From contig JAKQNR010000022.1 in the NCBI GenBank assembly GCA_029565685.1, forward strand, positions 256,468 through 320,467: a stretch of 64,000 bases of DNA, in the 5' to 3' direction. Positions 17,636 through 27,000 of the stretch are shown here, piece after piece. How positions within the stretch are numbered: position 1 is the first letter of the stretch; every line of letters starts with the position of its first letter. Origin of the DNA: a bacterium (lineage in GTDB: Bacteria; Zhuqueibacterota; Zhuqueibacteria; Residuimicrobiales; Residuimicrobiaceae). The notes beneath the pieces were generated by a model. It ran no database searches. It was not told where the DNA came from and saw only the letters and a program-made list of their open reading frames with translations. The translations under genes were made by a program, and so were the position numbers.

Positions 17636-20600
17636 CGCGCTTGAGATCCTTGCTATTTCTGATTGGGATTGCAGCAAATAACGGGGCGATGCATCTGCAA
17701 ACTACCATCGGCACCGGCCAATGGCCTATGGAATGTACTCCGGCATTATTGCATCGTCATCAAGGCGGCGGTGCAGAAATCGTTGCGGTCAATCGAGGCG
17801 GACAGTTGCTGCTGTGGCATGCGGATGGCAAACCCGCAGGTCCGGGGCAGGATGGCATGGTATGCCAACTTGGCGAAGGTCAGTGGACTTCAACGCCCGT
17901 GATTATCACCATGGCAAAAACTTTTGCTGTCGCTCTATGCAGCGTCGAAGGACAGGTTGTTTTGCTGGATGAGTCCTTTGCCGTTAAATGGCGGTGCGAA
18001 CTCGGCAATAAAACCGCATGGGGCAAAGCGATTCCCGCGGTGCTCGTCACCGACCAGGGGACAAACTTGCTGCTCGCTGATCAGGGTGGGGTGATCACCT
18101 GTCTTGATCTCAACGGCAAACGGGTATGGGAAAAGACTTTGGGGCAGGGACCCTGCCAAGCGCTGATTGCAGTCCAACGCAATTCCTTTCTCGCTGCCAG
18201 CGGTGGAACGCTTTTCTGTCTGGATGTCGGCGGCAACGTTCTCTGGCGGCGGTCCTTGGGCAGCGAGATCACTGCCCAGCCGATGGAAATTACGACCGGC
18301 GACAGCCGCTTGATCGTCTGCGGCGGCAAAGACGGCCGGATAACCGCATTGACTCTCAACGGCGAGATCCTCTGGCAATCCGGAATTCATCAAGAGGCCA
18401 CTACTTATTTGTCCCTGTTGCCAAGGCGGAGCCGAACGCCGCTGATTGTGTGTTCCGGGCTGTGGGGCAGCGTGAACGCTTTTAATCTGCAGGGCCGTCA
18501 CCTCTGGGCCCATTCTTTTCGCTCAAAAAATCGCTCCAGACCGGTTGCCTACGACGTCGACGGTGACGGCGATTACGAGGTCGTGCTCTCAGCTTATAAT
18601 CAGCATCTTTATGCGTTTGATGAAAATGGACAAATGGTTGATGATGTACGTCTGGCCGGTGGGCTGGTCGATTCACCGCTGCCCTTGAAAGATCGATCAA
18701 CCGGAAAGACTGATCTGCTGGTCATCGGGGTCAATCTGATGGCCTTTCGTTTGCGTCCTGGCCCCCCGGTTTCGCCCTACGGGGCGTCCGCCTCGGCTGA
18801 CTCTGTGCAAATCCAATTTCATCCTGAGAGCATCTCGGTAATCAATCCCAATGGCTCGCTGTTGCGCGTCAATGTGTTCAATCAGGATCAAGAAGGCTGT
18901 ACGAAAGTGAGCGGCTGCATAACCGCCCGTTCACGTTGCGAGGTCTCTTTTCCTCGCAAAGACGGCCATGAAGGCCTTGTGACAGCGGTGTTGATTGATG
19001 CAAACGGCCGACAGCTGATGCGCAGGGAGGCGCAGCCCCAGCCGCAGCTATTGGTCCAGTCTGTCGCTGATCGTCTTCGCCTCTGGCCAGTGCCTGCATT
19101 CAGTTCGTTTGATCCAACTTGTCTGTTCCCTGATCCACGCCTGGACTCCACCCGGTTTAATGACATTAAACCTCCGCCTCTCTATGGTGATGAGGTCGAT
19201 CAGGCTGCCTGTGTGATCGCTTCATCCTTTTCTGAACCTGTTCAAGCTCTGTTTTCCCTCTCCCAGTTGACCACGGCTGCCGGTGCGCTTTTTTCCGGCA
19301 AGATCATCGCCAGGCAGGTGGTTTCCACCGGTTCTTTCAACGGGGAGATGATTGCTGACGCATTGCCGGCATTGCCCCAGGGTGCGATCCTCACGATTCC
19401 AGCGTTCAGAGCGGTCAAACTTTGGCTGAGCGTAGACAGCCGTGGCGCGGAGCCAGGCGTGTATTCGGGAACAGTGTCGGTGACGCCACTGGACGCAAAG
19501 CAAAACTCGATAACCCTGCCATTTAATGTGGAAATCCTCAGTTGGCATATAGCGCCGCGCGACGTTCTTCCTCTTTGTACGTGGGATTATGTGCCCAATA
19601 AATGGTTTCCCCAACCAGAATCTGCTCTAGAGGATATGAATCGCCACGGTGTAAGGATTTTTCCGAGAAGCGTTTGCCCAACCGCCATGGTGGATTCGCT
19701 CGATCAGTTGATCATGGATTGGAGCAAACTGGATTCGGAGCTGGAACGACTGCGCGGCCGCGGTATGATCCTATTTCAATTCGTTCATCCATCCATCACC
19801 TTCGCCCGACAGGTTGATGCACGGAAAAAAAGAAGATTTGAAATTCAATATCTGCATGCCTTTCGAGATCGGTTGAAGCAACATAATCTCTCGTACGATG
19901 ATTACGCGTTTTATCCGCTGGATGAACCCGGACTTCAATACGGCAAAAACGTGCCCATTCTACTGGATGCGGCGCAATTGTATCGCGAGGCCGATGCGCG
20001 GCTGCGCATCTATACCGATCCGGTCCCTGGATTGTCTTGGCAGGATTTCCAGCGCATCGAACCTTTGATCGATGTGTGGTGCCCCAACATGCGGTTGGTC
20101 TCCGGCCTATTAGTCGCCGATCCACGCATGCAACGGATCAAGGTTTCCGGTAAACCGGTGTGGTCCTATGAATGCGTAGCGCAGACCAAAAGCCTGTCGC
20201 CGTTGCGCTATCATCGCGCCAACGCATGGCGGGCGGAGTTTTTTGGATTAGACGCAATTGGATTTTGGACCCACAGCACACAGCCTTATAATTTGTGGCT
20301 TACACCCGAGACGCTGGACGATGAATATGCCCTCGTCTATCCCGGCGAAGAACCTGTGCCCAGCATTCGCTGGGAAGCGGTCCGGGATGGTTTGGAGGAC
20401 ATCGCTGCGTTCAAAGGATTGCAAAGGCAGATTCAGCGTGCCCGACAGAAAGGAGCGCCGTGTGAATTGATCGCTCGCGCTGAAAAAATTCTGCGCATCG
20501 CCTTGGTAGACATCATGGAGTTGTCGGACGCTGCTTTTGTCGAAACTCGGGACTATCTGCAGAAGGGCGACCGCCTTCTCTGGCATACATCGGTGGATGC

Positions 20601-20676
20601 AGAGATCTATGAACACCATCGCCGTTTCATCGCTGAAATGACGGATAGGCTGGCCAATGCGATCGAAAAGCAGTAA
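17632..20676 (+). CDS. PQQ-like beta-propeller plus GH123/DUF4091-like TIM-barrel protein
   Basis: N-terminal LDxnGk.vW repeats; YPLDEP, IDVWCP, LVYPG..PSIRWEAVRDGLED; ATGA overlap with the upstream gene. Confidence 0.6.
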   Translation: MTRLRSLLFLIGIAANNGAMHLQTTIGTGQWPMECTPALLHRHQGGGAEIVAVNRGGQLLLWHADGKPAGPGQDGMVCQLGEGQWTSTPVIITMAKTFAVALCSVEGQVVLLDESFAVKWRCELGNKTAWGKAIPAVLVTDQGTNLLLADQGGVITCLDLNGKRVWEKTLGQGPCQALIAVQRNSFLAASGGTLFCLDVGGNVLWRRSLGSEITAQPMEITTGDSRLIVCGGKDGRITALTLNGEILWQSGIHQEATTYLSLLPRRSRTPLIVCSGLWGSVNAFNLQGRHLWAHSFRSKNRSRPVAYDVDGDGDYEVVLSAYNQHLYAFDENGQMVDDVRLAGGLVDSPLPLKDRSTGKTDLLVIGVNLMAFRLRPGPPVSPYGASASADSVQIQFHPESISVINPNGSLLRVNVFNQDQEGCTKVSGCITARSRCEVSFPRKDGHEGLVTAVLIDANGRQLMRREAQPQPQLLVQSVADRLRLWPVPAFSSFDPTCLFPDPRLDSTRFNDIKPPPLYGDEVDQAACVIASSFSEPVQALFSLSQLTTAAGALFSGKIIARQVVSTGSFNGEMIADALPALPQGAILTIPAFRAVKLWLSVDSRGAEPGVYSGTVSVTPLDAKQNSITLPFNVEILSWHIAPRDVLPLCTWDYVPNKWFPQPESALEDMNRHGVRIFPRSVCPTAMVDSLDQLIMDWSKLDSELERLRGRGMILFQFVHPSITFARQVDARKKRRFEIQYLHAFRDRLKQHNLSYDDYAFYPLDEPGLQYGKNVPILLDAAQLYREADARLRIYTDPVPGLSWQDFQRIEPLIDVWCPNMRLVSGLLVADPRMQRIKVSGKPVWSYECVAQTKSLSPLRYHRANAWRAEFFGLDAIGFWTHSTQPYNLWLTPETLDDEYALVYPGEEPVPSIRWEAVRDGLEDIAAFKGLQRQIQRARQKGAPCELIARAEKILRIALVDIMELSDAAFVETRDYLQKGDRLLWHTSVDAEIYEHHRRFIAEMTDRLANAIEKQ

Positions 20677-20693
20677 ACAAAAGGAGGATCGTC

Positions 20694-21899
20694 ATGTTTC
20701 GTTGTCGCTGTTTTCAAACCATCCTCACAACGGCGCTGGCTATAGGGGCGCTGTTCGCCGGAGAGGAGAAAAAAACGTCCGAGTGGACTGGTACCATTTT
20801 ACCAGCGGAACACCGGACTATCACTGATCCAAAGACCGGCCATCCGATCCGCTTCCTCACGACGAATGCGGCGGTGGACCGCGCCTTTTATTTCACTCAT
20901 AATGCTTTTTTACCGGACGGCTCCATGATCGTCGTCTCGTCCAACCGTTTCGGTCGCAGTGAATACTTGGGCTACCTGACTGCCACCGGTGAATTGGCGC
21001 GGTTCCTGCCGGCGAACGCGGTTCCTGCAGGTCTGGCCGTTGTATCTAAACACGCCAACATCCTCTATGTCGTGCGTGATCGTGAGGTATGCGAGTGGCG
21101 GATCCTGATCGATTCGGAGGCAACCCACTCGGTCAAGATCCGCGAGCGCATAATCGGTGCGGTCCCGCCAGGATGGTCCCTCAAAGAGGCCTTGACCGAG
21201 AGCGCGGATGGCAGCTTGCTGAGCTTGTCGGCAAAATTGGCCGAAGGGAAGAGCGGCATCGCGGCCATGGATATTCAGACTGGAGCGGTACGCACAGTCC
21301 TCGAAACCGATCTGAGCACCTCGCACGTTCAGTTCAGCCATAACCGGCCGGATCTGCTGATGTTCGCCGGCACTGCGGGTGCGGATCACGAAAGCCAGCG
21401 CATGTGGCTGGTGGATTTTTCCGGCCGGGGCGCATGGAAGCTGCACGAACAAAAGCCAGGTGAGCTGGTCACCCACGAATGCTGGTGGGTGGGAGATCTG
21501 GTTACCTTTTGCGGCGGTTTTGCTCATGAAGGATTTAAGGTTGAATCTCATTTAAAAATTGTCGATATTAACACTCAACAAGTCCGCATTCTCGGCGCCG
21601 GCTGCTATTGGCCGCAGGGCACAGACAGCGAGGTGGCGGAATTGAATTGGTGGCATGCCAGCGGCGATCCGTATGGACGCTGGGTGGCGGCGGATAACTG
21701 GCATGGCGGTGTGGCGATTTTTAACGCCCGTACGACTGAAAAACACCTGCTCACGACCGGACACCGCACTTATGGAAGAGGCACGCACCCTGAAGTCGGT
21801 TGGGATACCAAAGGACGCTATGTCATCTTTGGTTCGGAATATTTCGGCAATCCCGACGTCTGCATCGCCGAGATCCCAAAGGAGTGGAATAATCCATGA
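20694..21899 (+). CDS. Oligogalacturonate lyase family (PL22-like) protein with Sec signal peptide
   Basis: DPKTG..LT..YFTHNAF..DG, HVQFS, QRMW, THECW, THP; SD AAGGAGG. Confidence 0.75.
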   Translation: MFRCRCFQTILTTALAIGALFAGEEKKTSEWTGTILPAEHRTITDPKTGHPIRFLTTNAAVDRAFYFTHNAFLPDGSMIVVSSNRFGRSEYLGYLTATGELARFLPANAVPAGLAVVSKHANILYVVRDREVCEWRILIDSEATHSVKIRERIIGAVPPGWSLKEALTESADGSLLSLSAKLAEGKSGIAAMDIQTGAVRTVLETDLSTSHVQFSHNRPDLLMFAGTAGADHESQRMWLVDFSGRGAWKLHEQKPGELVTHECWWVGDLVTFCGGFAHEGFKVESHLKIVDINTQQVRILGAGCYWPQGTDSEVAELNWWHASGDPYGRWVAADNWHGGVAIFNARTTEKHLLTTGHRTYGRGTHPEVGWDTKGRYVIFGSEYFGNPDVCIAEIPKEWNNP

Positions 21900-23146
21900 G
21901 ACTTTTTATTTTGCGGTGGTTGGTTGCCGCGGCGCTGATTTTCAGCTGCTCGCCGGAACCAACCTCTGTGCCGTCGCCGCCCATCGGCTATGACGACGAC
22001 GGCATGATCACCAAAAAGGGCCGGCGGATTTTCATCATCGGCTCCTATTATCTTCCCAAAGGCGACGATGGCTTTCGCCAGGCTGCGGCCTGCGGCTACA
22101 ATCTCGTCCGTGTCGGCGAAAAGCGGAGCGAGCTCGATCAGGCCCAGGCGCACGGATTGGATGCATGGATCAGCATCGGGTCCATCCCTCCCGCTCAATT
22201 CGACTCAGGCCGGGTTGCCTATGGCGAACGGATCAATCGCCTGAAAGACCATCCGGCGCTTTTATTCTGGGAGATGGAGGACGAGCCAGCCTGGCGGTGG
22301 AATTCGGCCGAGGCCCGCATCGCGGCCGAGGATCTGCAAAAAAGCTATGCGGTTCTCAAGGAGAACGATCCGCATCATTTGGTGTATACCAACCATGCGC
22401 CTACTAATTTGATCTCCACGCTCGAGCGCTACAACAGAGCTACGGATATCGTCGCCTGCGATATCTACCCTATCATCCCAGCGGGGATTCGCATCACCTA
22501 CGCCCTTTTTCCCGACGGCATGCAGGGTGATCTGCTGAACACCTATCCCAGCCAGGTCGGTGATTATACGGATAAAATGCGCAAAGTGGCGGGCAGCGGC
22601 CGGCCGGTTTTCATGGTGCTGCAGGGATTCAGTTGGGAGATGCTCCGTCAGGCGACGGACCGTGATTCGCAGATGATCCGCTATCCCACATACCATGAAT
22701 CGCGGTTTATGGCCTATCAAGCGATCGTGCATGGCGCCAACGGCATCATTCACTGGGGAACCGCCTACACACCGCAGCCTTCACCGTTCTGGTCTGATCT
22801 GCAGGCGGTGACTGCAGAACTGGCTGCTATGCAGCCGGTGTTGGCCAGCCGGACGGTGCAGCTGCCACTGACCAAGGAGTATGTGGAGCTCGGCCATTCC
22901 GTCGACCGGGGCGTGGAAGTGATAGTCAAATCGGTGAATGGGGTCGCCTATCTGCTGACCGTCAATGCGGATAAGAATCCCCTGCACCTTCGATTGGGCG
23001 GTTTGAACGGCTATGGCCGCGCCCGGGTGCTCATGGAGGAAAAAGAGCTGCCCATCGAGCGGGGCGTTTTACAGGTTTTGTATGAACCCTTTGCCACAAA
23101 AATTTTTAAATTGGAAAAGATAACTCAAGAAAGGCGGAAATCCTAA
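21896..23146 (+). CDS. Uncharacterised lipoprotein, clan GH-A-like TIM barrel
   Basis: Lipobox-like LIFSC; LKDHPALLFWEMEDEP, DIVACDIYP, FMVLQGF, AIVHGANGI. Confidence 0.55.
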   Translation: MRLFILRWLVAAALIFSCSPEPTSVPSPPIGYDDDGMITKKGRRIFIIGSYYLPKGDDGFRQAAACGYNLVRVGEKRSELDQAQAHGLDAWISIGSIPPAQFDSGRVAYGERINRLKDHPALLFWEMEDEPAWRWNSAEARIAAEDLQKSYAVLKENDPHHLVYTNHAPTNLISTLERYNRATDIVACDIYPIIPAGIRITYALFPDGMQGDLLNTYPSQVGDYTDKMRKVAGSGRPVFMVLQGFSWEMLRQATDRDSQMIRYPTYHESRFMAYQAIVHGANGIIHWGTAYTPQPSPFWSDLQAVTAELAAMQPVLASRTVQLPLTKEYVELGHSVDRGVEVIVKSVNGVAYLLTVNADKNPLHLRLGGLNGYGRARVLMEEKELPIERGVLQVLYEPFATKIFKLEKITQERRKS

Positions 23147-23985
23147 TGGACGTCATCTCTGGAACCGACATTCGCATTCTGAATAAAAGTCTGGAACGCG
23201 GAAGAATCAAATACGCTATATTCGATTTCGACGGCACCATCTCTATTTTACGTGAAGGATGGGAACGGATCATGGAGCCTGTGATGATCGAAAGCATCTG
23301 CGGCGATCATCCGGTCAGCGACGAGGTTGTTCGTCGGGTCCGCGAATTTATCGATGAGACCACCGGCATTCAAACCATCTTGCAGATGGAAGGCCTGGTG
23401 GAAATGGTAAAAGAGTTCGGCCTGGTGCCTGCGGATAAGATATTGGACAGTTGGGGGTATAAAAAAATCTACAACGACCGTTTGATGGTGCCGGTGCGCC
23501 GGCGCATCGCCGATCTGCAGAGCGGCCGAAAAACGCTTGCCGACTGCACCGTTGCGGGCTCTATCGATTTTTGTCAACAACTCTATCAGCGGAATGTGAT
23601 CATGTACACCGCCAGCGGCACGGATCAGGAGGATGTTCGCAACGAGGCGAACGTACTGGGCGTGGACAAGTGGTTCAAAGGCGGAGTGTACGGCGCCATC
23701 GGTTCAGTGGAAGAATATTCCAAGGACAAGGTGATCAAAGAAATTCTGCGCAACAACAACTTGCACGGCGCCGAACTGGTCGTTCTAGGCGACGGGCCGG
23801 TGGAGATCCGCAACGCCAAGGAGAACGGCGCCATTGCCGTGGGCATCGCTTCCAACGAAGTCACCGGCAGAGGGTGGGAACAACGCAAGATCGAACGGCT
23901 CACTAAAGCCGGCTGCGATCTGCTGATGCCGGATTTCCGCCAGGGACGGCAGCTGCTCGAATATCTGTTCGACGCCAAAGCATAA
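23146..23985 (+). CDS. HAD-superfamily hydrolase (probable sugar-phosphate phosphatase)
   Basis: FDFDGT motif I, ASGT, K, LGDGPVE motif IV; TAATG overlap with the upstream gene. Confidence 0.85.
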   Translation: MDVISGTDIRILNKSLERGRIKYAIFDFDGTISILREGWERIMEPVMIESICGDHPVSDEVVRRVREFIDETTGIQTILQMEGLVEMVKEFGLVPADKILDSWGYKKIYNDRLMVPVRRRIADLQSGRKTLADCTVAGSIDFCQQLYQRNVIMYTASGTDQEDVRNEANVLGVDKWFKGGVYGAIGSVEEYSKDKVIKEILRNNNLHGAELVVLGDGPVEIRNAKENGAIAVGIASNEVTGRGWEQRKIERLTKAGCDLLMPDFRQGRQLLEYLFDAKA

Positions 23986-24095
23986 GCCGGCTTACCGCCA
24001 GGATAGCGACGTGGACGAGCGTCTGTCTCTGCTTGCGTTCGGCGCCGTCTTGACGGTCCATGATTTGGGACCGAGGCCTTTGATGGGAGAATGCC

Positions 24096-26927
24096 ATGAG
24101 ATGTCCTGCACGATGGATGATGGCGATCGTTTTGATGGGCCGGTTGGCAGCGGCCCAGACCATTTCTCTTGCCGGCCCATGGCGGTATGAATTGGACCGG
24201 CGCGACGCAGGCCTGCAGGACGCCTGGCAGGAACGGACTCTGTCCGGTCGCTTGCGAGTGCCGGTCGATTCGGCTGACCAGGGCATCGGCGACGACATCA
24301 CTTTGAACACGCCCTGGACCGGCTCTATTCTCGACAGCGCTTTTTATCAACATCCGGATTACGCGCCCTACCGCCGGGCCGGAAACATCAAAGTGCCGTT
24401 CTGGCTGCAGCCGGAAAAATACTATTGCGGACCAGCCTGGTATCAGCGCGAGGTTGAAATACCAGAGTCGTGGAGCTCAGGGCGTGTGGCGCTGTTCATC
24501 GAACGGCCTCATTGGGAAACACGGGTTTGGTTTGACCGGCAGCTGGTGGGCGTGCAAAATGCCTTGTCCACACCCCACGTGTACGACTTGCCGACTGCGC
24601 AGCCAGGCAAACACACGCTGACCATTCGCATCGATAACCGAATGGTCATCCCGGTGGGCGTCAACGCGCACAGTGTCTCAGACCACACCCAAGGCAACTG
24701 GAATGGCATGGTGGGCCGCATTGAATTGATGCGCACCGAGGCGGTGTGGATCAAGGATTTACAGGTCTTTCCACAGATATCGTCCCGATCGGTCCACGTG
24801 CAAGGCAAGATCGGCAACCGCTCCGGCATCGGGGGGCGGGCGTCTGTTGCGCTCACCATCGAGCCCGGCCATCTGCATCACACGGCGCTGGCGCAATGGG
24901 ACTCTGCCGGCGGCGCTTTTAGCGCAGAAATCCCCATGGGTGAAACCGCTGTGCTGTGGGATGAATTTCACCCTTTTCTTTATCACCTCTCAGCATCCCT
25001 GACCAGCAGCGGGCAAACAGCCAAGATCACCTTTGGCCTGCGTGAAATTTCCACCTCAGGCACCCGTTTCTTCATTAACGGCCGCCCGACTTTTATCCGT
25101 GGCACGCTCGAATGCGCCATCTTTCCCAAAACCGGCCATCCTCCGACCGATGTAGATTCCTGGAGACGCATTATCGGCACTGCCAAACGCTTTGGCCTGA
25201 ACGCCTTCCGTTTTCATTCATGGTGTCCACCCGAAGCAGCGTTCGTCGCTGCGGACGAATTGGGTTTTTATTTTCAAGTGGAATGCTCCTCCTGGGCGAC
25301 CGGTCTTTCGGACGACTATCAGCTCTCCCTCGGCAGGGGGACCCTGCTGGATCAATGGATCTATGCCGAGGCAGAACGGATTCTTCATTTTTACGGCAAT
25401 CACCCCTGTTTTCTCTTTATGCTCTATGGAAATGAACCCTTTGGACAGAATAAGGATCACTATCTACGCGAATGGGTGACCCACTTTCGCTCTCTTGACC
25501 ATCGCCGGCTGTATTCAGCGGCAGCCGGCTGGCCGAGACTCGCTGAGAACCAATTTCATGTCGTTCCGGAACCACGCATCCAAAAATGGGGCGATGGGCT
25601 GAAATCCCGCGTCAACGCCCAACCGCCTGAAACCGTCACAGATTATCGGGCGTTCATCGACACCGTGGCGCAGCCGGTGATCAGCCATGAGATCGGCCAG
25701 TGGTGCGTCTATCCCAACCTGGCAGAGCGGAAAAAGTACAGCGGCTACCTGAAGGCGAAGAATTTCGACATTTTTTACGACCGCTTAAAAGATCACGGAT
25801 TGGCGAAACAAGCCGACCGCTTTTTACAAGCTTCTGGAAAGCTGCAGGCTCTGCTGTATAAAGAGGAAGTCGAGTCCTCACTGCGAACGCCGGGCATGGC
25901 TGGTTTTCATCTGTTGCAGCTGCATGATTTTCCCGGGCAGGGCTCGGCGCTGGTCGGCGTGCTTGATCCGTTCTGGGAAGAAAAGGGCTATATCGCCGCA
26001 GCAGAGTTTCGCCGGTTCTGCAACAGCACCGTGCTGCTGGCTCGGTTGGCAAAGCGCATTTTCACTGTGCAAGACACGCTGAAGGCTGACATCCAAGTAT
26101 CCCATTTTGGCAGCCGTCCGCTGCCGCAACTGATCTGCAACTGGTCCCTCAGAGATGCCCTGGATCAGCCGGTGGTCCAGGGCCGATTGCCGGCCTGCGA
26201 TATTCCCATCGACGGGCCGATTCCCCTGGGTTCCGTCGCCATTCCTCTGCACTTTGTGCCGGCGCCGGCGCGGTATACTCTGCAGGTCTCCGTACATGAC
26301 CAGACGATCGAAAACAGCTGGGATGTATGGATTTATCCGGCATTCGTTTCCACCCGCATTCCTGATGATCTGCTGGCAACCGACCGGGTGGACCAAGCCC
26401 TGATCACTCGATTGCAGCAGGGCGGCACAGCCCTGCTGTTCATTCCACCGCAGCGAGTGCGACCGGATAAGAAAACCGGACCCATTGCGCTGGGCTTTTC
26501 CAGTATTTTCTGGAACACCGCCTGGACCAACCGGCAGGCGCCGCATACTCTCGGCATTCTTTGCGACCCAGGGCATCCGGCCCTGGCGGGGTTTCCAACC
26601 GAGTATCACAGCAACTGGCAATGGTGGTATGTGGTCAGTCGCTCCGGCGCGATGATCCTGGACGGATTGCCGAAATCGCTCCAGCCCATTGTCAGCATAA
26701 TCGATGACTGGTTCACCGCCCGCAGGCTGGGGTTGATTTTCGAAGCCAGGGTGGGCAAAGGCCGGTTGCTGGTGTGCAGTGCAGATCTGCTGAGCGGGGA
26801 GGCGCAGAATCCGGTATGCCGGCAGATGTTGTCAAGTCTTATCCAGTATGTGAAAAGTGCCAAGTTCCGTCCGCGCACCTCATTAACATTGGATCAAGTG
26901 CGCAGTCTGCTATCGGCGGACGAATAG
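24096..26927 (+). CDS. Glycoside hydrolase family 2
   Basis: SLAGPW, GPAWYQR, WDEFHPFLY, FGLREI, RFHSWCPPE, NHP...GNEP, SHEIGQW. Confidence 0.85.
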   Translation: MRCPARWMMAIVLMGRLAAAQTISLAGPWRYELDRRDAGLQDAWQERTLSGRLRVPVDSADQGIGDDITLNTPWTGSILDSAFYQHPDYAPYRRAGNIKVPFWLQPEKYYCGPAWYQREVEIPESWSSGRVALFIERPHWETRVWFDRQLVGVQNALSTPHVYDLPTAQPGKHTLTIRIDNRMVIPVGVNAHSVSDHTQGNWNGMVGRIELMRTEAVWIKDLQVFPQISSRSVHVQGKIGNRSGIGGRASVALTIEPGHLHHTALAQWDSAGGAFSAEIPMGETAVLWDEFHPFLYHLSASLTSSGQTAKITFGLREISTSGTRFFINGRPTFIRGTLECAIFPKTGHPPTDVDSWRRIIGTAKRFGLNAFRFHSWCPPEAAFVAADELGFYFQVECSSWATGLSDDYQLSLGRGTLLDQWIYAEAERILHFYGNHPCFLFMLYGNEPFGQNKDHYLREWVTHFRSLDHRRLYSAAAGWPRLAENQFHVVPEPRIQKWGDGLKSRVNAQPPETVTDYRAFIDTVAQPVISHEIGQWCVYPNLAERKKYSGYLKAKNFDIFYDRLKDHGLAKQADRFLQASGKLQALLYKEEVESSLRTPGMAGFHLLQLHDFPGQGSALVGVLDPFWEEKGYIAAAEFRRFCNSTVLLARLAKRIFTVQDTLKADIQVSHFGSRPLPQLICNWSLRDALDQPVVQGRLPACDIPIDGPIPLGSVAIPLHFVPAPARYTLQVSVHDQTIENSWDVWIYPAFVSTRIPDDLLATDRVDQALITRLQQGGTALLFIPPQRVRPDKKTGPIALGFSSIFWNTAWTNRQAPHTLGILCDPGHPALAGFPTEYHSNWQWWYVVSRSGAMILDGLPKSLQPIVSIIDDWFTARRLGLIFEARVGKGRLLVCSADLLSGEAQNPVCRQMLSSLIQYVKSAKFRPRTSLTLDQVRSLLSADE

Positions 26928-27000
26928 CCAACCCGTTCCCTGCCATGAAAGGCAATGGCGCTTTACCGTATCACTGTATGTAATCCCGGAGGGTACTCTG

